DNA of 64,000 nucleotides from Macrostomum lignano (Eukaryota). A program made the translations under genes and the position numbers. The notes below the pieces were generated by a model. That model made no database searches and was not told the DNA's origin. It saw nothing but the letters and a program-made list of their open reading frames with translations. The stretch spans positions 62,001 through 126,000 of the forward strand of contig NIVC01001445.1 of NCBI GenBank assembly GCA_002269645.1, written 5' to 3'. Of the stretch, positions 53,395 to 64,000 are shown piece after piece (within the stretch, counting starts at the first letter, position 1; the number at the start of each line of letters is the position of its first letter).

Positions 53395-53890
53395 ATATGA
53401 GAGGCGCCATCATTAGAATATGAGGGGCGCCATCATTAGAAAATGAGGGGTGCCATCGTTAGAAAATGAGGGGCGCCATCATTAGAAAATAAAGGGGCGC
53501 CATCGTTAGAAAATGAGGGGCGCCATCATTAGAAAATGAGAGGCGCAATCATTAGAATGAGAGGCGCCATTAATAGAATATAAGATTAGAGGCGCCATCA
53601 TTAGAATATGAGAGGCGCCATCATTAGAAAATGAGGGGCGCCATTATTAGAAAATGAGGGGCGCCATCATTAGAAAATGAGAAGCTTAATTATTAGAATA
53701 TGAAAGGCGCCATCATTAGAATATGAGAGGCGCCATCGTTAGAAGATGAAAGGCGCCATCATTAGAATATGAGAGGCGCCATCGTTAGAAGATGAAAGGC
53801 GCCATCATTAGAAGATGAGAGGCGCCATCGTTAGAAGATGAGAGGCGCCATCATTAGAATATGAGAGGCGCCATCATTAGAAAATGAGAG
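53395..53890. repeat. ~23-bp minisatellite (ATGAGAGGCGCCATCATTAGAAT)
   Basis: Direct reading. Confidence 0.95.
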
Positions 53891-54162
53891 GACCCAAGCA
53901 GGATATAATTAATAACAAGATAGGATCAAACTTGCTAGAAGTCCCTAAAAAAGACAGAAAGGTGATCGGGTCAATCAATCAAAATCAATCCCTGTGACAG
54001 ACTGGCCCACCGATCTGCCCCATCAAAGCGAGACCAGCCTCCCCAGTGATGCGGATTCTTATCTAACCTGACTGTATAAATAGACTGCCTGCTGCCAGGT
54101 GAGTAAGTGAGAATCCATGCATATGCCAGTCAATCTGCAAACATGAATTGCTGCGATAAGAA

Positions 54163-54317
54163 TGACGAAACCTGAGCATGACGCATTGCTGACTGACGAA
54201 ACCTGAGCATGACGCATTGCTGACTGACGAAACCTGAGCATGACGCATTGCTGACTGACGAAACCTGAGCATGACGCATTGCTGACTGACGAAACCTGAG
54301 CATGACGCATTGCTGAC
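54163..54317. repeat. 31-bp minisatellite (GACGAAACCTGAGCATGACGCATTGCTGACT), ~5 units
   Basis: Period 31 (54164, 54195 and onward). Confidence 0.95.
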
Positions 54318-54388
54318 AAGAATTGCCGCCGGTTCTAAGAAATCGCAATTCAGTGACTTGCTGCATGAAGGCTTGGTGGACTGGGAAG

Positions 54389-54522
54389 GACTGTTCAGTG
54401 ACACATTAGACACAGACTGTTCAGTGACATATTAGACACAGACTGTTCAGTGACATGTTAGACACAGACTGTTCAGTGACATGTTAGACACAGACTGTTC
54501 AGTGACATGTTAGACACAGACT
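54389..54522. repeat. 26-bp minisatellite (GACTGTTCAGTGACATGTTAGACACA), ~5 units
   Basis: Period 26 (54389, 54415 and onward). Confidence 0.95.
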
Positions 54523-54971
54523 CAGGGGTAAATCCAATAAACACGATTATTTAACAGTTGATCTGTCATTAAACTTGCAGGCACATGAGCACAGTTTCAT
54601 CACTGTAGTCTGTCCATTAGGCCTTTTACTCATAGAGTGAACTGAGCTCAGCATCCCAGATTTGCTGATGAAGCAGTTCTTCGAAATCTACTGCTCAAGA
54701 GAGAGGATTAGGAATTTCACAATGAGGCCGAGTGCTTAGCCTTAATCCTCTCTGGACACAATCTTGCTCCAGCTGGCGGTGAGGCCAGCAAGGTGGGGCC
54801 CCTGGCAGCTAATCTCATGCAGCGTTCCTCATCTCAATGAGATCATCCGAGGCCCCCGTCAATTTTTCCAGCCATTTTCCATCATCAAATATTCATTCGG
54901 TAACTGGACGGGCTGCTCAAAAGCTTTGACCCGATCAGAAATTTTTAGCTTTTTTCACGAGCCGGCCAAGG

Positions 54972-55043
54972 AGCTTTCAGTCAGCAGTCTGGATAGGGAG
55001 GTGGTGAAACCGAAAGGGAGGAATCGAATCGAAAAGAAGAGAC
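54972..55043 (+). repeat. 72-bp unique segment, copy 1 (direct duplicate at 56271-56342)
   Basis: AGCTTT[C/A]AGTCAGCAGTCTGGATAGGGAGGTGGTGAAACCGAAAGGGAGGAATCGAATCGAAAAGAAGAGAC; one mismatch between the copies. Confidence 0.95.
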
Positions 55044-56262
55044 CTCTCACCCTGTCTCCATCTCACCCTGTCTCCATCTCACCCTGTCTCCATCTCACCC
55101 TGTCTCCATCTCACCCTGTCTCCATCTCACCCTGTCTCCCTCTCACCCTGTCTCCCTCTCACTCTGTCTCCATCTCACCCTGTCTCCCTCTCACCCTGTC
55201 TCTGTCTCACCCTGTCTCCATCTCACCCTGTCTCTGTCTCACCCTGTCTCTGTCTCACCCTGTCTCCATCTCACCCTGTCTCCATCTCACCCTGTCTCCA
55301 TCTCACCCTATCTCCCTCTCACCCTATCTCCATCTCACCCTGTCTCCATCTCACCCTGTCTCCATCTCACCCTGTCTCCATCTCACCCTATCTCCATCTC
55401 ACCCGGTCTCCATCTCACCCTGTCTCCATCTCACCCTGTCTCCCTCTCACTCTGTCTCCATCTCACCCTGTCTCCATCTCACCCTGTCTCCATCTCACCC
55501 TGTCTCCATCTCACCCTGTCTCCATCTCACCCTGTTTCCATCTCCCTCTGTCTCCCTCTCACCCTGTCTCCATCTCACCCTGTCACCCTCTCACCCTGTC
55601 TCTGTCTCACCCTGTCTCCATATCACCCTATCTCCATCTCACCCCGTCTCCCTCTCACCCTATCTCCATCTCCCCCTGTCTCCATACCGCCCTGTCTCCA
55701 TCTCACCCCGTCTCCCTCTCACCCTGTCTCCATATCACCCTATCTCCATCTCACCCCGTCTCCATCTCCCTCTGTCTCCCTCTCACCCTGTCTCCATCTC
55801 CCTCTGTCTCCCTCTTACCCTGCCTTCCTCTCACCCTGTCACCCTCTCACCCTGTCTCCCTCTCACCCTGTCTCCATCTCACCCTATCTCCATCTCCCCC
55901 TGTCTCCGTCTCACCCTGTCTCCCTCCCACCCTGTCTCCCTCTCACCCTGTCTCCATCTCACCCTGTCTCCCTCTCACCCTGTCTCCATCTCACCCTGTC
56001 TCCATCTCACTCTGTCTCCTTCTCACCCTGTCTCCATCTCACCCTGTCACCCTCTCACCCTGTCTCCATATCACCCTGTCTCCGTCTCACCATGTCTCCC
56101 TCTCACCCTGCCCCATTCTCACCCAGCCTTTCTCTCACCCTGCCTTCCTCTCACCTCGCCTTCCTCTCACCCTGTCTCCCTCTCACCCTGTCTCCCTCTA
56201 ACCCTGTCTCCCTCTCACCCTGTCTCCCTCTTACCCTGCCTTCCTCTCACCCTGTCTCCATC
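55044..56262 (+). repeat. 16-bp minisatellite (TCTCACCCTGTCTCCA), pyrimidine-strand orientation; left arm of the inverted pair
   Basis: Direct reading. Confidence 0.97.
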
Positions 56263-56270
56263 CTACAAGA

Positions 56271-56342
56271 AGCTTTAAGTCAGCAGTCTGGATAGGGAGG
56301 TGGTGAAACCGAAAGGGAGGAATCGAATCGAAAAGAAGAGAC
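56271..56342 (+). repeat. 72-bp unique segment, copy 2; spacer between the inverted minisatellite arms
   Basis: Same sequence and orientation as 54972-55043. Confidence 0.95.
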
Positions 56343-58236
56343 AGGGTGAGAGGGAGACAGGGTGAGAGGGAGACAGGGTGAGAGGGAGACAGGGTGAGAG
56401 GGTGACAGGGTGAGAGGAAGGCAGGGTGAGAGGAAGGCAGGGTAAGAGGGAGACAGGGTGAGAGGGAGACAGGGTTAGAGGGAGACAGGGTGAGAGGGAG
56501 ACAGGGTGAGAGGGTGACAGGGTGAGAGGGAGACAGGGTGAGAGGGTGACAGGGTGAGAGGAAGGCAGGGTGAGAGGAAGGCAGGGTAAGAGGGAGACAG
56601 GGTGAGAGGGAGACAGGGTGAGAGGGTGACAGGGTGAGAGGAAGGCAGGGTGAGAGGAAGGCAGGGTAAGAGGGAGACAGGGTGAGATGGAGACAGGGTG
56701 AGATGGAGACAGGGTGAGATGGAGACAGGGTGAGAGGGAGACAGGGTGAGAGGGAGACAGGGTGAGAGGGAGACAGGGTGAGAGGGTGACAGGGTGAGAG
56801 GAAGGCAGGGTGAGAGGAAGGCAGGGTAAGAGGGAGACAGGGTGAGATGGAGACAGGGTGAGATGGAGACAGGGTGAGAGGGAGACAGGGTGAGAGGGTG
56901 ACAGGGTGAGAGGAAGGCAGGGTGAGAGGAAGGCAGGGTAAGAGGGAGACAGGGTGAGATGGAGACAGGGTGAGAGGGAGACAGGGTGAGAGGGAGACAG
57001 GGTGAGACGGAGATAGGGTGATATGGAGACAGGGTGAGATGGAGACAGGGTGAGAGGGAGACAGGGTGAGAGGGAGACAGGGTGAGAAGGAGATAGGGTG
57101 AGATGGAGACAGGGTGAGATGGAGACAGGGTGAGACAGAGACAGGGTGAGAGGGAGACAGGGTGAGATGGAGACAGGGTGAGACAGAGACAGGGTGAGAG
57201 GGAGACAGGGTGAGAGGGAGACAGGGTGAGAGGAAGTCGAGGTGAGAGGAAGGCAGGGTGAGAGGAAGGCTGGGTGAGAATGGGGCAGGGTGAGAGGGAG
57301 ACATGGTTAGAGGAAGGCGAGGTGAGAGGAAGGCAGGGTGAGAGGAAGGCTGGGTGAGAATGGGGCAGGGTGAGAGGGAGACATGGTGAGACGGAGACAG
57401 GGTGAGATGGAGACAGGGTGAGAGGGAGACAGGGTGAGAGGGTGACAGGGTGAGAGGAAGGCAGGGTGAGAGGAAGGCAGGGTAAGAGGAAGGCAGGGTA
57501 AGATGGAGACAGGGTGAGAGGGAGACAGGGTGAGAGGGAGACAGGGTGAGACGGAGATAGGGTGATATGGAGACAGGGTGAGATGGAGACAGGGTGAGAA
57601 GGAGATAGGGTGAGATGGAGACAGGGTGAGATGGAGACAGGGTGAGACAGAGACAGGGTGAGAGGGAGACAGGGTGAGATGGAGACAGGGTGAGACAGAG
57701 ACAGGGTGAGAGGGAGACAGGGTGAGAGGGAGACAGGGTGAGAGGAAGGCGAGGTGAGAGGAAGGCAGGGTGAGAGGAAGGCTGGGTGAGAATGGGGCAG
57801 GGTGAGAGGGAGACATGGTTAGAGGAAGGCGAGGTGAGAGGAAGGCAGGGTGAGAGGAAGGCTGGGTGAGAATGGGGCAGGGTGAGAGGGAGACATGGTG
57901 AGACGGAGACAGGGTGATATGGAGACAGGGTGAGATGGAGACAGGGGGAGATGGAGATAGGGTAAGATGGAGATAGGGTGAGATGGAGACAGGGTGACAA
58001 GGAGACAGGGTGAGATGGAGACAGGGGGAGATGGAGACAGGGTGAGAAGGAGACAGGGTGAGAGGGAGACAGGGTGAGATGGAGACAGGGTGAGACAGAG
58101 ACAGGGTGAGAGGGAGACAGGGTGAGATGGAGACAGGGTGAGAAGGAGACAGAGTGAGATGGAGACAGGGTGAGATGTAGACAGGGTGAGAGGGAGACAG
58201 GGTGAGATGGAGACAGGGTGAGACGGAGACAGGGTG
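56337..58236 (-). repeat. Same 16-bp minisatellite in reverse orientation (GGAGACAGGGTGAGA[G/T]); right arm
   Basis: Reverse complement of the left-arm unit, sharing rare variants. Confidence 0.97.
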
Positions 58237-58724
58237 GGGACAGAAGGTGGGCAGGATGAGTGGTCAATCTGTTCGCATCACTGATGTGTCATAACACCCC
58301 TGGTAGCAACGCAAAGCCTGAGCGTCATCAGGCTGCAGCTTCTCTGCCCCTGCTTGCATCCATAGAAGTGTCTGTGCGAGATGCAGCCAAATTTCTGAAG
58401 TTCTCGGCTTAAAAAGATCGAACAAGGGAAAGCAGAAACAGGAAAGATAAAGTGAAAATCAAAAACAGGGTGAACGGACTTGGACAGCCCAACCGGTGGG
58501 CTGGGACGGATGGGAAATCACTTCTGGGATGATTAACAATGCTAATTAGGGACTGGCCCCAATAGCCGGAAGGCTTGTCCAGCGAAAAAAAACTTTCTAA
58601 TTCATTTTTTCCGGGACTTCGAAGTCAAAAGATTTATGTATTTAATTGCTTTCCCGATGTGCACTTTCTAGTATTCTTATTGTCTAGGCCGGAGGAATCG
58701 GTTAATTATTGACTTACCTTAGCA

Positions 58725-59140
58725 ACGAGTGGGTTATCCTAGCAACAAACTGACTTTCCCTAGCAACGAATTGATTTACCCTAACAACGAATTGATTTAC
58801 CCTAGCAACGAATTAATTTACCCTAGAAACGAATAGAGTTTATCCTAGCAACTAATTGATTTACCCAAGCAACTAATTGATTTACCCTAGCAACTAATTA
58901 ACTTACCATACCAATGAATTGATTTACCCTAGCAACGAATTGAGTTCACCCTAGCAACGAATTGACTTACCCTAGCAACGAATTGAATTACCTTGGCAAC
59001 CAAAAAATTGTACATAGCAACAAATTTAATTCCTTAGTCACAAACTTCAAGGCAGCTAAATTTCCCCTAGCAATTGGATTTTATCACCTAGCAACAGATG
59101 CAATCCACGTAGTAACGTGTGTAACAACCCTAGCAACATC
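58725..59140. repeat. Degenerate 21-bp minisatellite (CCCTAGCAACGAATTGATTTA)
   Basis: TAGCAAC-type cores at 58761, 58782, 58803 and onward. Confidence 0.85.
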
Positions 59141-60000
59141 CCCAAGTAGCCCTGGAAACGCATTTCTAATCACCTGACTGACATTTCAGTTCAGCTTTCA
59201 TCCTCCGACCTCGTCCGAGATGTCAAGAAGAGATGAGCACCGCAGAAGCAGCAGTCTGATGCTTCGGCAGAAGTGCACGGGGATTATCATTAATGAGGCC
59301 AAAAAGCGCGCATGTTATTTCTGTTGTCCCCAGTGGACTGAGTTGCCGCCCCCCCCCCCCCCCCGATTAAATAATGCCACTTGCGGCGAACTCATCATCT
59401 TGAGTTCGGCTGAGGTCAGGAAAGGCCAGGGGTCGCCCCCCGCCACCAGCCAGGCGTGTAATGACATCAGCTGCTCACCAGCCTGGATGCCGCCTGATCC
59501 CCATCTGCTAATTGCATTGCGCCCAGAAAAGTCCCATCAGCCTCAGTCTGGTGCACCAGCTGCTGAAGAATCCCCAAGTCCATCCTTCCTGATGAGGCCA
59601 TTGAACTGGATCCCTAACTTTGGATATTCCCCCCAATATTATTTTCTAATTTTTTCCGGATTTGCGCCGCCGGGAGGTTGCGGGGTTCAGCGCGTGTCTG
59701 GCTTCCGGCCTCTGCTGGCTGAGGGTTCCGAAAACTCAAGCGGGCACTCTTGGTGTTGCGTAATATTAGTAGAAATTGAGCCTGAGTGGGAGAATGGAGA
59801 GGGTGTGAGGGTTCGATGGGGCTGGTTGGGCAGAATCTGCTCCTCATTACCAATTGCGAGTAGAAATTGACCCAGATTGCTTGGCAGGCTTGGCACGGAG
59901 ACTCTGAGATGCTCAGGGGCGACCGTTTTGATTGGAACTGGGCTGAGTCAGTGCGCAAATAATGGGTTTGAGAGGGACTGTCGGGAAAAGCATGGGATAT

Positions 60001-62191
<2,191 letters not shown>

Positions 62192-62234
62192 GGATACGTT
62201 ATAACAAAATGCAATTAGAACATGTGGGTAAAAG

Positions 62235-62353
62235 ATCATAAATATTACAACCCGAGTTTAATTACAACAGCACGTGACTATTCAGGACTGTCGCACAATA
62301 GCAAGAGTCTTCCTTTAAAAGCGGTCAGAAATGTCAAATTGAAGTTCGAGCGC
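62235..62353 (+). repeat. Dispersed element, copy 2, ~45 nt 3' of the long (GATA)n array
   Basis: Aligns with 42411-42545 (ATCATAAATATT..TTTAATTA..AGCACGTGACTA..CACAATA.CAAGA..TAAAAGC..AGAAA..AAATTGAAGTTC). Confidence 0.8.
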
Positions 62354-62752
62354 ATTATTATTAATAATTGAATTGACGATAATCGAGACAGAACAAAGAC
62401 CCGAGCCGCCGCAGCTGCGAACCCCTCGCCCCAGCCAGAGAATCGCCTGAATTGAGTTGCTCTCTGAGGCAGCCTCCGAGAACCCCAGCCCAAGTTGTTG
62501 CAGCAGGGAGTTGCAGAGTGGGGCGCCCGCCGCTGCACTCGAGCGCTGAGCGAGTGGCGCCTCGAGTGCCTCTTCTTCTTCTGCCCGCCCGGCCCGCCCG
62601 ACTGCAGGGAATTCTCAGGCAACTTCAACTCCGGATGAGTGGCAAAGTTGAAAGTGAGAACAAGAATAATATTGTTATGGCGGTGCTTGCGGTGCGCAAT
62701 GTCTAACCTTGTAAAAAATATTCTCACCACATTTTCTCCGCTCAGTGCAGCT

Positions 62753-63215
62753 CTGAATGATTGAATGATTGAATGAGTGAATGAGTGATTGAATGATTGA
62801 ATGAGTGAATGAGATATTGAATGAGTGATTGAATGAGTGAATGAGAGATTGAATGATTGAATGAGTGAATGAGAGATTGAAGGAATGAGTGAATGAGTGA
62901 ATGAGAGATTGAATTATTGAATGAGTGAATGAGTGATTGAATGATTGAATGAGTGAATGAGAGATTGAAGGAATGAGTGAATGAGTGAATGAGAGATTGA
63001 ATTATTGAATGAGTGAATGGGTGATTGAATGATTGAATGCGTGAATGAGAGATTGAAGGAATGAGTGGATGAGTGAATGAGTGATTGAATGATTGAATGA
63101 TTGAATGAGTGATTGAATGATTGAATGAGTGAATGAGAGATTGAATGAATGAGTGAATGAGAGATTGAATGAATGAGTGAATGAGAGATTGAATGAATGA
63201 GTGAATGAGTGAATG
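62753..63215. repeat. (GAAT)n-derived repeat (GAATGAGT/GAATGATT/GAGAGATT)
   Basis: Direct reading. Confidence 0.93.
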
Positions 63216-63645
63216 CATAAATACTACCATTGCTTTCGAAGGTGCAGTGCAGGATTTCAATCCCACCATCCTCTCCCGCACTTTCCCTCATCAGCCAGCT
63301 TCCTGGCGGCAGTGCCAACCGCCCAACCGTGCCAAACCAAAACACGGCATCTGCCTGGCAAGATCGGCATCAGGACCGCCGCCCCCTCCCGTCATAAATG
63401 ATGGCAATTCGAATTGACAAAACATCCCTCAATTGGTTTCCATCTCTGCTTCTGGTGCGCTTCCCGCCTCTCCCGCCCCAACAGGGCTGACTGCCTGTGC
63501 GAATCAAATGTCCACTTGTGGGCAAAAACTTTCGAATAAAAAGTTCGAATTCCGAATCCAGTGCCACATTGGCTATTTTTAGGTTGGCTTGGAAGAAGAG
63601 CGAAAGTGGAAATCTTGATTACGGGAAAGCCATCCCTTTCAGACC

Positions 63646-64000
63646 CCCTCTCACCCCGTCTCCCTCTCACCCTGTCTCCCTCTCACCCTGTCTCCCTCTC
63701 ACCCTGCCTCTGTCTCACCCTGTCTCCATCTCGCCCTATCTCCATCTCACCCTGTCTCCATATCACCCTGCCTCCATCTCACCCTGTCTCCATATCACCC
63801 TGAGTCCCTCTCACCCTGTCTCCATCTCACCCTGTCTCCCTCTCACCCTGTCTCCATCTCACCCTGTCTCCTCTCTCCCTATCTCCCTCTCACCCTGCCT
63901 CCATCTCACCCTGTCTCCATCTCACCCTATCTCCATCTCACCCTGTCTCCATCTCACCCTATCTCCATCTCACCCTGTCTCCATATCACCCTGCATCCAT
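63646..64000 (+). repeat. 16-bp TCTCACCCTGTCTCCA minisatellite (same family as 55044-58236), runs off the window end
   Basis: Direct reading. Confidence 0.95.

Overview
This is eukaryotic (metazoan) genomic DNA: a few GC-rich, spliced or intronless genes scattered among more than 40 micro- and minisatellite arrays. No prokaryotic operon, rRNA, intact tRNA, CRISPR array or intact transposon ORF is visible. Four genes are supported. (1) The last two exons of an ERC/ELKS/CAST-family active-zone protein on + (753-990, 1280-1495). (2) An intronless TEX261/Svp26-family gene on + (3810-4451). (3) A 3-exon type I membrane protein on - (9352-6618) with a signal peptide, CUB-like domain, C-type lectin domain, stalk and TM; as written it has a one-base frameshift in a G5 run. 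(4) A 7-cadherin-repeat protocadherin on - (exons 40558-38086, 31714-31524, 27303-26860; about 1035 aa, C-terminal -SLV). Nearly all other long ORFs in the track are translations of tandem repeats. The repeat style (15-43 bp tandem units, GC-rich exons) is reminiscent of the flatworm Macrostomum, but that is inference only. The most unusual structures are: a roughly 3.3 kb inverted minisatellite pair whose spacer is a direct copy of the left flank (54972-58236); a roughly 130 bp dispersed element found just 3' of two separate (GATA)n arrays; families of minisatellites with different unit lengths sharing short cores (TATGAC, GGCGC, CTCTCACCCT); a 1.2 kb (GGGTTT)n telomere-like array; and a recurring roughly 23 bp motif around the TEX261/lectin locus. 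I did not find evidence strong enough to claim a new multi-gene system. The findings are leads ranked by interest.
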